DNA of 64,000 bases from Lama guanicoe (GCA_013239625.1 MU053487.1:2377058-2441057), one strand, 5' to 3'. Positions 40,569-54,923 are shown, counted from the first letter of the stretch. Made by a program: numbers and translations. The notes: generated by a model from the letters alone, not told the origin.

Positions 40569-41313
40569 CCAGTTAGTAGCATAAGCACAGAGAAACTATT
40601 TCAAGTAACTTTAAAAACAATGGTTGGACTATACATAGCCTAGTGGCAAAATAACAACCAAACAGAAAAAAAAAAACAAAAAAACTTTTAACTATTTTCA
40701 GTAATTATACCATTCGTGGTAATGTTGGCATTGCTATTCCGGGTATTGTGGGATAAAGCAATGAAAATAGAATGTAACATAATTACTACCATCCCTAGCG
40801 ACTTTATGAACTGGGAATGGCGGTGTGGGAAAAAGGAGATACACATATATAAGACAGAAGAGCTTAAGTAAAAACCCTACATCCTGAATACGACCTACAA
40901 CTATAAGCATAAACTCAAAACGTATTTTGACTTTAAAAACAAAAAAATACCCCATATACATATTTCCCTGATATATTCACTAAAAAGGCCTATGAACAGT
41001 TACCACCTTGGGGGCAAGTGCACCCTTAGCACACACACTGCTCCACTAAAAGAGAACCAGGGCTCCCTGGACAAACAGCTGATTCCAAGTCCAGAGCAGG
41101 AAATGTATTGGATGAGCTGGCAACACTTTCTTATGCTAGAGAGCAAAGAAGCTATCACAACCCAAGAGACTCATGTCAAAATTACTTGGGAATCAACCTG
41201 AAGTAGTTCACATTGAAGGTGAGATGACTTGAAAATCAATATGAATAAAAGCTACAATAGATTGAAATGATCAAATGCTTGAATTCTTGCATTATTTAAA
41301 AGTAATGATAATA

Positions 41314-41445
41314 GGGGGAGGGTATAGCTCAAGTGGCAGAGTGCAAGCTTAGCATGCACAGGGTTCAGGATTCAGTCCCCAGTACTGCCTCTATAAATAA
41401 ACAACTAAACTTAACCCCCCCATTTTTTTAAATAATAAAAAATAC
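41314..41445 (+). mobile_element. tRNA-derived SINE (vic-1-like)
   Basis: GGGGGAGGGTATAGCTCAAGTGGCAGAGTG...GGATTCAGTCCCCAGTAC plus A-rich tail. Confidence 0.85.
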
Positions 41446-43220
41446 ATAATAATAATCGGTCACTGAGAGGATGCTAAACAGTCACTTTCTTATTCTGAAA
41501 ATCTGTAAAACAAAGGAAGAGAATCAAGCTTTTATTGTGCCTTTCCTATATAGACTGTCTCATCTGAGTAATAAGAGACAAGGGGAAGTTCCTCTTTAAA
41601 TGAGGATTTACACTAATAAATAAAGCACAGGAAAGTGAAAAGACAACTCATGCAATGGGAGAAAATTTTTGCCAACCATGTATCCAATAAGGAACTTGTA
41701 TCTAGAATATACAAACTCTAGCAATGCAATAACAAAAAGGACAATCCAATTTAAAAATGGGCAAAGTATCTGAACAGACATTTCTCCGAGGAAGATGGAT
41801 AAATAGTCAGAAGGCATATATACTTGGAATCATTAGTCATCAGGGAAATGCTAATCAAAAGCATACCCGCTAGGATGACTAGGGAAAACACTCAGATAAT
41901 AACAAGTATTGGTGAAGATGTGGAGAAATCAGAACTTGCATACACCGCTAAAGGGAATGTAAAATGGTGCAGCCACTTTGGAAAAGGGTCTGGTTACTCC
42001 TCAAATGGTTAAACACAGAGTTGCCGTATGACCCAGCAATTCCACTCCTAGGTGTATATTTAAGAGAAAGAAAAACTTGTGTTCACACAAAAACTTACAC
42101 ACAAATGTTTACAGCAGCATTATTCACACAGATAAAAAGTGGAAAAACATCAAATGTCCATCAGTATACAAATGGATAAAAAAAAATGTGGCATACCTAT
42201 ACAATGGAGTATCATTAGCCCATAAATAGGAGTGAAGTACTGATACATGCTGCAACACAGAGGAACCCTGAAACTGTTAACTGAAGTGAAAGAAGTCAAC
42301 CTTCAAAGACTACGTATTGTACAATTCCACTGACGTGAAAGTCTAGAAAAGGGAAATCTACACAGACAGAAAGTAGATTAGTGGTTATTTATGGCTGAGG
42401 GGAGCAAGACGTAGGGAGATGATAGCTAAAGGGCACGGGGTTTCTTGCTGATGTGATGAAATAAATACTCCAAAACTGACTGTGGTGACAGTTGCACATG
42501 TCTATGAGCATACAAAAACCCTACTGAACTGTACACTTAAAAGGGAAGAATTATATGGTATGTGAATTATATCTCAATAGTGCTGTTTTAAAACAATAAA
42601 AGAAAGCAATAATGATAAAATTAGAATATATCATTTTGTAATCCTTAATCAACTAACGCATTTAAGCCTCCAGCTACAAAGAGAGATGCCATACACCTGG
42701 GCTTCGGAAGGAAAAGAACCTATGAAGTGGACTAAAACCATATTTCATAAATCCTCTAAACCTAACTATTTATAGGAAATACAGAGAAAAAGGGAATATC
42801 TTAAAGACACCATGGTGATGAAATAGCAAAATCCCTAAGACTATCAGAAACCATTAAGACAAGCAATCCAGTTTCTTCAACACATAAATTGCAAGGGAGA
42901 AAAAGAGATGAAAGGAAATTTAAATAAAAAGAGATTAATAAGACATGACAACTAATTCCAATGTATGGAACTTAAATAGATCCTGACTGTTTCTTCTTTT
43001 TAACTGCAAAAAAGAAGTCATTTACAACATTTGAGACAAATGAAATTATAACAATGACAGGTTATGTAGTAAGAAGAAGTTATTCTTAATTTTTCAGATG
43101 TGAAATAGTCTTGTGTTGTATTTTTAAAAAGAGAAAGTTCATACCATTTAGAGAGCCATACCTAAATTCATATTAAAATATGGGATATTTAGGACTTGTT
43201 TCAAATAATGTGAGTGGGGG

Positions 43221-43898
43221 AAGCACATGAAAATATGCTCAATATCACTAATTATCAGAGAAATGTATATCAAAACTACAATGAGGTATCACCTCATATC
43301 AGTCAGAATGGCCATCATTTTTAAGTCCACAAACAATAAATACTGAAGAGGGTGTGGAGAAAAGGGAGCCCTCCTACACTACTGGTGGGAATGTAGATCG
43401 GTGCAGCCACTATGGAAGACAGTATGGAGATTCCTCAAAAAACTAAAAATAAACTTACCATATGATCCAGCAATCCCACTCCTGGGCATATGTCCTGAGA
43501 AAAATATAATTCAAAAAGGCACGTGCACCCCAATGTTTACAGTAGCACTATTTACAATAGCCCAGACATGGAAACAACTTAAATGTCCATCAGCAGATGA
43601 CTAGATAAAGAAAATGTGGTATATATATACAGTGGAATACTACTCAGCCATAAAAAGAATGAAATAATGCCATTTGCAGCAACATGGATGGACCTGGAGA
43701 TTGTCATTCTAAGTGAAGTAACCCAGAAAGAAAAAGAAAAATACTATATGATATCACTTATATGTGGAATCTTAAAAAAGGACACAAATGAACTTATCTA
43801 CAAAAGAGAAACTGACTCGCAGACATAGAAAACAAACTTACGGTTACCAGCAGGTAAAGAGGGCAGGAAGGGATAAATCAGGAGTTTGAAATTTGCAC
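43221..43898 (+). mobile_element. Younger L1 fragment (ORF2 C-terminus + partial 3'UTR)
   Basis: [51 protein letters not shown]; closely resembles the element at 107-2222. Confidence 0.9.
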
Positions 43899-44774
43899 AT
43901 CTTGGGGAGTGATGGAAATGCTAGCTGTCTTGATTGTGGTGGTGGTTTCACAGGTGTATACATCTATCAAAATTCATCAAATTGTACACCTGAAATATGT
44001 GTGGTTTACTGTGCAGGAATTATGCCACAATAGAAGTGTTAAAAAATAAGTCACTGTGTAACTGAATGGTCCTTCTCCATCCTCACCATCTGTATTATCT
44101 GTATTATAGTAATGAAACATGCCAGAGTACCTGACCTCTTTGTATGTCTCTGAACATGAACATTCTACTTGCATGAGGCAATATGTGCTTAGAAGAAGAG
44201 AGCTCAGGGTGAAGGTATATCAGAGAGAGACACCATCACAAAGTCTTCTGCATCTCATACCAGAAGCAGATTTCTAGGGTAAATTCTTTTCAGATACACA
44301 CTTTCCCAATTCAGAAAGCACAAGATTTAAAAACAGAAGCAAACTGAAAAGTCACAACTCTATGTATACTAAGACATCTCTATATCTTAGAAAATGACAG
44401 GAGGGAGAAACAAAGTTGGTTAAAATAACTTACAGGGATTATTTTTATTTTAAAAATGTTCAAGGACATTTGAGAAGATGGAAAGGTAAGAACTCGTTTT
44501 AGTACTGACCGTTAAATACTTAGCATGAGATTTTCTTCTAATCTGTTAGAAGTAAAGAGCCAGAAATAAATATGAAAAATGTGTGGGAAGGCAAAAAAGG
44601 AGGCCAAGGAGTCTAGGAAAAGTATGATGGCTCAGAATATCCAAAGCTGGCCTATGAGATACAGAGGAAACCACTTACTGTCACCAAATCTTCAATGAGC
44701 CACTGTCATCAATATGAAAATGCAACAGAAGCCTCTTTTGTCACCTATCTAAACTCTTCTTATCCTTTTTTAAA

Positions 44775-45120
44775 AATTATTATTGATAGACTTTATTTTG
44801 GAGCAGTTTTAAGTTTACAGCAAAACTGAGCAGAAAGTACAGAGTTCCCATATACCCCTGCCCCCCACCGCAAACAGCCTTCTCCACTGTCCACATCCCG
44901 CACAGCAGTGGTAGGTTTGTTAGAGCCAATGAACCTACAGTGACTTTATCACCCAAAGTGCATCATTTATATTAGGGCTCACTCTCAGCACTGCACATCC
45001 TATGGGTGCTGATAAATGTACAATGGATCTACCAATATACTATGGTACAGGATAGTATTGCTGCCCTAAAAATCCCCTGCACTCTGCCTCTTCATCCCTC
45101 CTTCCCCCAAACCCTCTGCA
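44775..45120 (-). mobile_element. Old L1 3' end
   Basis: agcagttttaagtttacagcaaaactgagcagaaagtacagagttcccatatacccc. Confidence 0.75.
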
Positions 45121-46041
45121 AATACTACCTAACAATTCTTAAAGGTGACCAAACAGACTGGAATGAGCATTTTCAGACCTCAAGGAAAGAAATCCCTGCA
45201 GAGTCTACAATAATAATGCTGGTCTTTTAGATGTTATATTAACAGCTTTTCTCCCTTTGCTACGTACAAATTCAGATTGTTGTTGTTTCTAACAAGGCAC
45301 ATTTCCTAAGTTATTTTCTGGGGTTTTTATTTTTGCAGTGTAGTAGCAACTCATTTTCTGACAGTCACATCCATTTGTCCTCTGCTTGGACTGATTTCAA
45401 TACTTTTAAAAAAATCCAATAAGCTTTTAAGAGAACCAACTTGTTTTCCGCAGTTATCAAAAGGCAAATCTGGACTTTCGGCAGTGGCTTTTATTTTCCA
45501 TCTGCACATTTTAACAATACAGCTTACAAACCTCTAAAAAAAAAAAAACAGTCGATTTCTGAACCACGTCTCCACGCTGCTTGTTTTTTTAAAAACTGGC
45601 TAAAGACTTCTCTCCAACCACTTAGAAAATGAGTTCTCTTGAAAAATAGGGGGAAAAAGAAAAGAAAAAAATGAACCATTTCACTGAAAGCATTTGGAGC
45701 TTTGTGGAGTTCCAGCCAGTTATAACAGGAAGAAGTGATTCACTGTAATTGTCCCAATTAAGAGATAGAAAATAAAGATAAAATTTGAGCTGTATTCTAT
45801 TTTCAGAAACTAAAGGAGGTTGTAAGCTTCTCGTTAAGAAAATAAATTAAATCTTATAAAAATTAAAAAAGGAAAATATTTCAAGACTTGACATCTTATG
45901 TTCTGTCAACATCCTTGCACCAGTTTTGATGGAAATATCATTCCATCAAATGATACTGCTACACTCTTCCATCAACCCCAGCTTTTTAAATGGCAGATTT
46001 TATTTTATGACCTAAGAGAAAGGTATGATATGGGCAATTAC

Positions 46042-46212
46042 CTTTGATTTTTCTGCATTTTCTCTATAAAATTCGGCCATCTGTTCCTCCTGCTCTTCAA
46101 TGACGTCCTTGAGGGTATCTACCTGGTATATCAAATTGTTCTTCTCATTGTCTAACTGTGCATTGGAAACCATGGCTTTCTTGTATTTTTCTTCCACTTC
46201 AGATAAAGACTC
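46042..46212 (-). CDS. LRRFIP2: LRRFIP2 exon, 171 nt (coiled coil)
   Basis: tttag|GAGTCTTTA...TCAAAG|gtaatt; [57 protein letters not shown]. Confidence 0.97.
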
Positions 46213-47009
46213 CTAAATGGAAATGAAAGTCATCAGCCTACTATCTAAAACATGTTCATTGTCTATATGCTACGAACATAGCAGGAGACTACAGCACCAG
46301 CACACACACATGAAGATGCATTTTTGCAAAATACAAGCAGTTTGGGGAACTCCTTGTTTAGTAACATGCACATAACAGGAGGATGACAATAAGCCGATAG
46401 TGACATTGCAAGACCTTTATGGGCTCTCTGCTATCCACAAAAATAAAATCAAGCAGCAATGTAGCCTCTGAAAAATGAAAAGGTGTGCAGACAACATATA
46501 AGAGTTATAGTATAAAAATCATAAAATGAAGAAACATCAATGTTTCCAGAAATGTTACTCTTGTGGTTTTGAACAACAAGCTATTTGTTATTCTGAATGC
46601 AATGATATAACAGAATACAGCCTTTCTTTACACAAGAAAATTGCATACTCATTTGAATATCACCACTTCCTGGATGTGTGTTTTCAGTACTTTTCTGTTC
46701 TGCACTACAATGTTGATGTAAATATATACACACTTTTTCTAGCAATTATTCAAATATTAGTCATTTTAAAGCAAGCAGTACAAAAATGATTATTTTTAAA
46801 AAAGAGCTACCATTAAATGCCTAAAATTGTATATATTTCAAAGTTACCCACCTAAAATAGCTTACAGTCTGTTTTTTAATTAATATATTTATTCTGGTAG
46901 ATTACTACCTCCTAGTAACATTTTTAAACTAAAAAGAAAAACACTTCACATAGAAAAAGTCATTGCTTCTGGAAATAAATTCAAAAAATATTAATGGAAA
47001 TGTTTAACA

Positions 47010-48300
47010 AATCAAGATCAGTGATATAGAACTGAGAGTCCAGAATCCTTACATGACCCACTGTTTTTGACAAGGGTTCCCAGACAACTCAGTGGGAAAA
47101 GAATAGTTTTTTCAGTAAGTGGTATTGGGACAACTGAGATCCACATGCAAATGAAAGTCGGAATGGTATATCACACCATACACAAAAATTAACTCCGAAT
47201 GGATCAGAGACCTAAATTAAAAGCTAAAACTATAAAACTCTTCCCAAAAAACAAAGGAGTAAATCATCATGACTTTGGAGTAGGCAGCGGTTTCTCAGGC
47301 ACAATACCAAACTATCAATGAAAGAAAAAACACACTTCATCAAAATTAAAAACTTTTATGCTACAAACAATACATTAAGAAAGTAAAAAGACAACCCACA
47401 GAACAGGAGAAAATATTTGTAAATCTTATATCTGATAAGGAACTTGTATCCAGAATATATAAATAACATAATTCAATAATAAAAAGACACATAATTCAAT
47501 TTTTAAAAGGGCAAGGATTGAAAAGATACTCCTCCAAAGTAGGTACACAAGTGGTCAATAAGCATATAAAAACATGTTCAATATCATCAGTAATAGCGGG
47601 AAACATACATCAAAACCATAATGAGATACTACTTCAGACCTACTGGGATGGCTACGATCTATAACTAAAAAACCAGAAACAAGATAATAAGTGTTGGTGA
47701 GGATATGGAAAAACTAGAATCCTCATGCATTGCTGGTGAGAATGTAGAACAGTGCAGCTGCTTTGGGAAAGTTTGGCAGCTCCTCAAAATATTAAACAGA
47801 GTTACCACATGACCCAGCAGTTCTATTCCTAGGTAATCTACCCAAGGGAAATGAAAAGATATATCTATACAAAAAGCTGTATACAAATGTCCACAGCCGC
47901 ATTATTCATAATGGTGCAAAAGTCGAAAAAATCCAAATGCCTATTGACTGACAAATGGATAAAATCCACACGGTGTAATATTACCCAGCCATTATACACA
48001 CACACACCCCACACACACACACATATACAGGGATGTATGTTACAACACGGGATAAATCTTGAAAACATTATGTTAAATAAAAAGTCAATTACAAAAGAGA
48101 ACATAGACTAGCCAGGGTTTAGGTGTGGGAGTGGAGGAGTAGGGAATGACTGCTGATTGGTATGGGGTTTCTTTTGAGGTAATGAAAATGTTGTAAAATT
48201 GGTGATGGTTGCACAATTCTGTGACTATGCACAAAACCACTGAATTGTACCCTTTAAATGGGTAAATTTTATGGTATCTGAATTATATCTCAATAACGGC
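47010..48300 (+). mobile_element. Old L1 (L1MB-type) ORF2 end + 3'UTR
   Basis: caccatacacaaaaattaactc; aagacaacccacagaa; gagttaccacatgacccagca; tgaattatatctcaataa. Confidence 0.8.
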
Positions 48301-48764
48301 ACATTATACATACACTTATTAATTCTTCACAAACCAGGAATGTATTAACAGGTAACATTTATACTAAGATTGAGAACAAATATAACCAGAATAAGGAATA
48401 TAAGCAAAGTTAATTGTATTAATGGCTTACATATAGTAGGATTTTAATATAATGCAGAATTTAGAATGATTCTGATCCATCTTAGAAGCTAATAGGAAAA
48501 AAAAAAAAAGGTCCTCCTCACAATTCAGTCCCATATAACACAGGACATAATTGCATGAAGCTAAGCCAGTTCAAGTAGTAGCTGCAAGAACACAATATAT
48601 AACATAATAAAACTGACATAAAATGTATGGAATGTATTCTTCCTTTAAACAATAGACCACAGAAGACTATTTTAAATTTAAGTGTCAAGGTAGTTTTAGT
48701 GATTTTAGTCTAACTCACATGATGATACTCATAAGGAATTAGTTACATTTAAATACGTCTGAGG

Positions 48765-48950
48765 CAGTGATTTTTAGTGTAAGTTCTGGACTAGCAGTAA
48801 CAGCATTATCTGGGACCTAGGTAAGAACGCAAATTTTTTAACAACCCCATCCTAGACCTACTGAATGAGAAAATCTGGGAGTAGGGTCCAGCAGTCTGTT
48901 TTTAACGAGAACTTCGTGACTCTGGATAGAGAACAGAGTGTGGGAAAAGC
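48765..48950. mobile_element. MER5A-like hAT DNA transposon relic
   Basis: cagcattatctggga...aagaacgcaaatt...ctagacctactgaat...cagcagtctgtttttaac. Confidence 0.65.
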
Positions 48951-50503
48951 ACTTCAAAGGCAGACATGCTTAAGAATAATGCCCTAAGCACTGACCCAGC
49001 ATCCTTTTTTAATAGGATATGGATACATCACACCACTGTGCTTCAACCACCAACCAGATAATTTTTTAAATGATTTTCCTTCCATTTAAAAGTCATTTCA
49101 AGGATAAGCATAATCTGAAGTCAAGTTCAATTATAACTGTGAATCAAGATAAGGGATCTTATCTGTACAAAGTCTCAAATAACTTTAATTTGTTTTTTGT
49201 ATACTACAAAGAATGCAATAAATGGTAGGCCTAAAAGGTAAGAGGAAAATGTTTAAAATCAAAAACAGGTAAGAATGCCTCTGAATTGCTTGCTTCCCTG
49301 ATACATTATGTAATGTACAAGACTTTAAAATCAATGCATTTATTTAACGTACTGGATTTGTTCCCTTGATCCAAGATATCTCCAAAAGTCCTATCTCTAA
49401 AACCTGAAAAGGGGATTAAATCCTGACAATTAGAGCAAGAAGACTAGAGGAGCCCATCAGCACACCAACTCTGGAATTCTGATGCCTCCTGGCGAACACA
49501 CACGGCTGCAAGCAGCCTCCCGGCTCCCCTCAGGGGCACTCTCTGTAGGACTCTGGTCCCGAGTCTTAACCATATTCCTTATGGACCACAATCGCCTGCA
49601 TGAAGGGTTTGGCTGGGAGCCGGGCTAAATCCAATCACGTCAGGGCAGCTTTGTCGTTTGAGCATATCCCAAGTCACCTTTCCAAATGCCTTCGTTAAGC
49701 ATTTTTAGAGACCTGCTGTGTACTTCTATTTCAAATAGGGACCTACATGTGTTCAGAGAAACTTCCAGTAATTCATAATGTTAGGTTTGAACTTTGTAAG
49801 AAAACACAGGGAAGAGCATGATAATCAAGTACCATTTACAACTAAAATGTCTGCCTCACACATTTACATTGAAAATGTAGCCATCCTTGATCAGGGAAAA
49901 TAAGGCCCATTTAAATTTACCTCCAGTGCCTTCTTTAAGGCACTGAATCTGTGTAACTCTTTTTGACTTATACGTTAAAAAATCAAAACAAAAAGAAAAT
50001 GCAGTCCTCATGCTGCAAGGTCCTTCCTCTAGAGGGAATATTTACAATGATGCTCTCCCTCTTAGATGCCTGTTCCTCCTGTTCTTAATATTGACTGAAT
50101 TTGGTGACACAAACAGGCAGTGCTCTTTCAAGCTAAAAGCTTGGAAGAATTTTAAGGTCTAATTCTCAATTTAAAAATATCCTTAGAACACTTGTTAGGT
50201 TTTTGCCCAATTCAATTTTGTAAGGCTAAGATGCAAGGGACATGTAAGTCTTTTATAAATAGGTTTTAAAACTATAAGGTATAACATCTTTGCTGAATAT
50301 TCCAAAAACTGTACCACACATTTAAACATCAGCAGAGACTGGAAGTTCACCTTTCCTATGCATTGCAGGTTAAGCACATGCTTGAAGGACAAACACTGTT
50401 AGTAAAGCTATGTGCAGTGGGGTTAACGGAGCTTGTGAGACCACCGTTGCCAACGCTTCTGCGTACAGAGAGCATGCGTGGGCTGCAGAGCGGGCCCTGA
50501 TAC

Positions 50504-50575
50504 CTTTAGTTCTTTAAGCCCCTGCATGTATCTCCCTTCTACATCCTGTATCTGGTCCTTAAGGTCATAGATATC
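50504..50575 (-). CDS. LRRFIP2: LRRFIP2 exon, 72 nt (cassette)
   Basis: ctgcag|GATATCTAT...CTAAAG|gtatca; DIYDLKDQIQDVEGRYMQGLKELK. Confidence 0.96.
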
Positions 50576-51749
50576 CTGCAGGACATAGGAATGAACCATT
50601 GCATAAAACCACACACAGACACATCTTCAGTCTCAAAGGATTCAGATGAAAATGTGAATTACTTTCGTATATTCCAGACCAAAAGCAGAGAAATCAAAGT
50701 ACACAAAGGTAACTGCCAGTCCAAACCACTAAAATGGGAACAGGCCAGGTGATGGTGGGGCTGGGGAAGGTCTGGAGTAATCAGTCTAACATGTTAAACA
50801 TTTTCTTGGCATTCATTTTGCTGAAACAATAGTTACAAATGAGGGTGGGGCTGCATATGGAAAAAAGCTGTATGTTATAATTTTAACACAATTTAAAAAA
50901 TTGTATAAATCATTTAAATAATTTTTAGCATAATGCTTCACCTAGAACTAGTAAAATATGCAGCAAATTAATTATAAGCAGCAAATTTTGCTGACTCATA
51001 GAGAAGTTTTTTTAAATGTAAACCTAGATGTGATAGAAGGCTGCCTCTCGATGACTTGGTTACTGATCACAATTAATTTGGGAGAAAGATAAATAAAGGG
51101 AGGGAAGTTAAACACAAACATTTTAAGCACAGTGTCAAATGAGAGAGTCTATCCTGAGGACACCATTTAAATGATGACAAAAGCCTTTGCTCCAAATCTT
51201 ACCATAGTCCTTATAAGAAAAGTCAAGAAGCAGGTCACATTTTAAATGGAAAATATTGTTTCCCTGTACCCGACCTTGCTACTTTAGGTCTATTCTGGAT
51301 GGTTGATTAAGGTGGAAAATAACTGTTTCAGGCCCTAAATATAATTCTGCAATTACAGGTAGGATCAATTATCAAAGGCCTATTATACACAGTTTATTCT
51401 GTATTATATCTCCCCTGCCCTCTTCATACCCTCCTTGGTAGGCTTATCTTTTACTCACTGAGTCATTAAACAGACATTTATTGAGTGTCTATTAGGAGCC
51501 AAATGCTAGGACACAAAATCTCATTTCCTTCAAGGAGGTCATTCTCTCAAAGAAGAAATACAAGTAAACAGCAAGCACGAGCTAAGTCTGAGGCTGGAAG
51601 GCCTCATCCTCTCTTTTGTCCCTCTAGCAAATGGCACCTAAAGGCAAGAGTTAGTTTACTCAACTTCACACCCTCAGCACTTACGCCTGGTACTTAGCAA
51701 GAGCTCGATAAGTACTGGCCCTTCAAAGTCATAGCCAGGCTGAGCTGGG

Positions 51750-52770
51750 TCTCCTTCTGCAGTGCCACTGCCACTGTTTCAACCCTTCCACCCTCTTCTA
51801 ACCCTGTGCCCACTTTTATAAAATGCCCAAGTCACAAGACAGACTACTCCTCCTACGCTGCCAACAGTCTTACTGTCACTACCTGTCCCTACCTCCTCCT
51901 CTTCTGTGTCGTGGGAAGCAATGGCCACCCCTCACCTATCTGATCCCTGGACATTCCTCTCACCCACAGGCAGTTTGCTCTGTCAAGTTACCCCGCCTCC
52001 TCCCTCAAGCTTCAAATTCTCTCTCTACTGGCTCAATCTAGCCAGTGAAAACAATAATTAACGCCACCTTTAAAAGAAAACAAGAACCTTCCCTTAACTT
52101 TCTATCTCTATCCACCAACCAACTCCCAACCTCCAATATTCTCTTCGGAGCATATTTTCTCCCTTCAGAGTTTTGACTCACTCATCTCATCCTCTTGTTC
52201 AACCACCGGGTAACTGTTCTTGCCTCCAATGCTTCTTCCATTCTGCAGTCAGTCTTTAGGCATGCAGCTCAGACAGCACCACCCCCCTATTTGATGTCTC
52301 ATAGCTGTCAGGGTAAACCTGAGCTCCTTTCAGCAGCCATACACGGTGCTTTGTGACTTGGTCCATCACCACTTCTCCACCCTTCTCTCTCACCCACTAC
52401 CTGTCCTCACTTCTCTTCCTGCTCTCTGGCAACTTCGCTCTACATACACCCTTCTGGTTTTCTGAAGTTAACACTCTGAGAAAGCCTTCTCCTTCAACTT
52501 TATTGCCCGGTTAATTCTTATCCTTCCTTTACCCCTTAGCTCAGAGTTTGTCTCCTCTGAAAGCTTTTTGTTACCTCCTTCTAGTCTATTTTACATGATG
52601 CTTCTCTGAATTCCCTTCTTGCTACTACTGTAGTACCACACCACCTTGTTTTTTACTGCTTTATATCCGTTTGTCTTCCCTGTGAAACAGTGAATTCCTT
52701 AAGTCCGAAGTGTGTGTACTGCCTAAATCTGTACGGCCAGGTGCTCAGTAAATGTTTAATAAATGAGTAA
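51750..52770 (+). mobile_element. L2 relic with 3' end
   Basis: C/T-rich body ending ggtgctcagtaaatgtttaataaatgagtaaatg. Confidence 0.55.
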
Positions 52771-53365
52771 ATGCAATTTGTATTACTACCCTTTTCCCTT
52801 TCCTCACAAGAAGCATTTTCAGCAAATAGACATTCAAATACATTTTGAAAGCGTCATTAATAAGGATGGAGACTCAACTAATGGGTTAAATGAGCTTCCA
52901 TTACTGACGTATTTCTGTTATCCTAAATATTATTATACGTGTCCTATCATGAAAAACAGAGATAAACGGATTCAAGTAGCCACATAATACCATGATGGCC
53001 CAGAAAACTAACAATTCCCAGAGTCTGGTTCCATGTACAACCACATATTTTCCATTTAAAATATGGCCAATTATTTAAGAGAATTACTTTTACCTATATT
53101 AAAGTTTTTTGGCATTTGTAAATTAGCAGAACTCATTCCAGTATCATCAAATGTTCAGGAAAGAGAACAGAAAAAGAATTAACTAATCTCCTTCCTCTCA
53201 GACCTGAGTCACACTCCTGAACTGTACGAACAATCTTTGTAAAGAACTCATACTTCTTTTCTTCCTACTAAGCCACATTAAACGTTGAATAGTTCCAGTA
53301 TACCACCACACTACAATGAAGCCAAAAAACTGTTTCTAGAAAGCAGACCAAAAGGTGCGGTTTAC

Positions 53366-53482
53366 CCGCAATTCACTTAATGAGGTGTCTGGATCTATTA
53401 AGCTGCTGGTGTCCCCGCTTCCTCTTCTGGACGAGTTTCCACTTAGAGGGGTTGTTGCTGAGGCAGAATTTCGAGATGAAGG
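53366..53482 (-). CDS. LRRFIP2: LRRFIP2 exon, 117 nt
   Basis: ctctag|CCTTCATCT...TTGCGG|gtaaac; [39 protein letters not shown]. Confidence 0.96.
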
Positions 53483-54045
53483 CTAGAGAAAAAGAAATAC
53501 AACACTTTAAGACTTGTTTCTTTAAAAATATATTTGTTGTGGAAACTAAAAGTGGGGCAGGGTGTTGGGGAGAGATCTAACGCAGTGTGGCTGAGAAGTT
53601 ACCAAATGCAACCCACAGACCAAAATTTAAACTGGCTTTGGGGAGGGGGTATCCAGAAAAGGGCCCAGGCACACTCAGCGTAACTTCGTTCACTCACTTT
53701 ACTGGAATCCAGAATTCATAATAACTAAGAAGGAAACAGTTGGTGTGACAGTTGTCTAAGATTCTCTTTGCTATACTGTAAACAGCGCTGGGGAGAGTGC
53801 CGCAGATTGATTCTGAATAGTTTTAGCGTGTTCTCTGTGATGTGCTAATTAGCAGTCCTCCTATTTAGTTCTTGAGGCTACTTTTTTAGGATCTTTTCTT
53901 TTCCTAATACTTTGCTGATAAAATTGGAGATACTATTTGCAACTGAGAGCAATAATACTGTAAATCACTATGAATTTAGACTGCTCTTCCCACAATTAGT
54001 TTAAATGTGAGACTATGCTATTGGATTAATAAATGGCAGAGATTT

Positions 54046-54374
54046 GTGCTGTTCAATCCAGCAGCCAAGTAGCCACATGGAGCAACTGAGGGCTTAGAAT
54101 GTGGTTAGTCCAAATTGAGAATTTTTTTAACGTGTAATATACACACCAGATTTCAAAGGTTTAGTGTGGAAACAAAGAATGTAAAATATCTCATTAATAA
54201 GTTTTCATATTGATTATGTTTAAATATTTTAGATATTTGAGTTAAATAAAATATATTATTTAAATTAATTTTACCTTCTTCTTTCTACTGTTTTACTGTG
54301 ACTGCTAGAAAATTTAAACTTACATATGTGACTTACATTTGCGACTTGCACTATATTTCTGTTGGATAAAACTG
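54046..54374. mobile_element. MER33/MER3-like hAT DNA transposon relic
   Basis: gtgctgttcaat...tagccacatg...aatgtggttagtccaaattgaga...atttctgttggata. Confidence 0.7.
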
Positions 54375-54878
54375 GTATATCTTTTGAGGGCATAGTGCAA
54401 AATCAACCTTAATAATTTCCCTAAGATGACTTTCTAAAAATATTTTTAGAAGAAAGTTAGAGGCTTTTAAACACAAAGCAACTGCCAGAAAAGAGTTACT
54501 TTACTTCAAAGAAGTAATTTATCTATACAAGAAAAAAAATTAACCCTCAGAGTTTGTCACTACCATTCCTAAAGACACTTCTTCATTTTCAGTGTTTAAT
54601 GGCTGTTTCTCAGGATTAAATTCTAGAGGAATGAAAATCAAAAGAGCAGCCAAAAGTGTAAGAGGTGGCATTCAAGGAAATAAAATGCAATGTCTTTTCT
54701 CCTCCCAGTGCTTCACATGATTCAACCTCACAGGAATTTGGGGGGTCAAGGACAGGAAATAGATGAAGAGAGGAAGAGTAGCTCCATCAGTTAAACTGTA
54801 GTAAAATAAAAGATAAAATTGTTGTGGAAAGTAAATTGACACTGAGAACTTAATTTTCTTAGGAATTTATATACTCAC

Positions 54879-54923
54879 CCTTGTGTAATTTTCAGCATAC
54901 TGCTTGTCAGATTTTTCATCCAA
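54879..54923 (-). CDS. LRRFIP2: LRRFIP2 exon, 45 nt
   Basis: ttctag|TTGGATGAA...ACAAGG|gtgagt; LDEKSDKQYAENYTR. Confidence 0.95.

Larger units (their letters stand above)
38310..43200 (+). mobile_element. Cluster of nested old L1 fragments
   Basis: A-rich L1 ORF2/3'UTR motifs throughout; ORF 41964-42179 VQPLWKRVW...[13 protein letters not shown]. Confidence 0.75.

Noticed and set aside
45925..45950. Perfect 10-bp hairpin TTTGATGGAA-atatca-TTCCATCAAA (and a 9-bp one near 49924-49945)
   Set aside because: Too short for a pre-miRNA, and a few such stems can occur by chance in 64 kb of AT-rich DNA.
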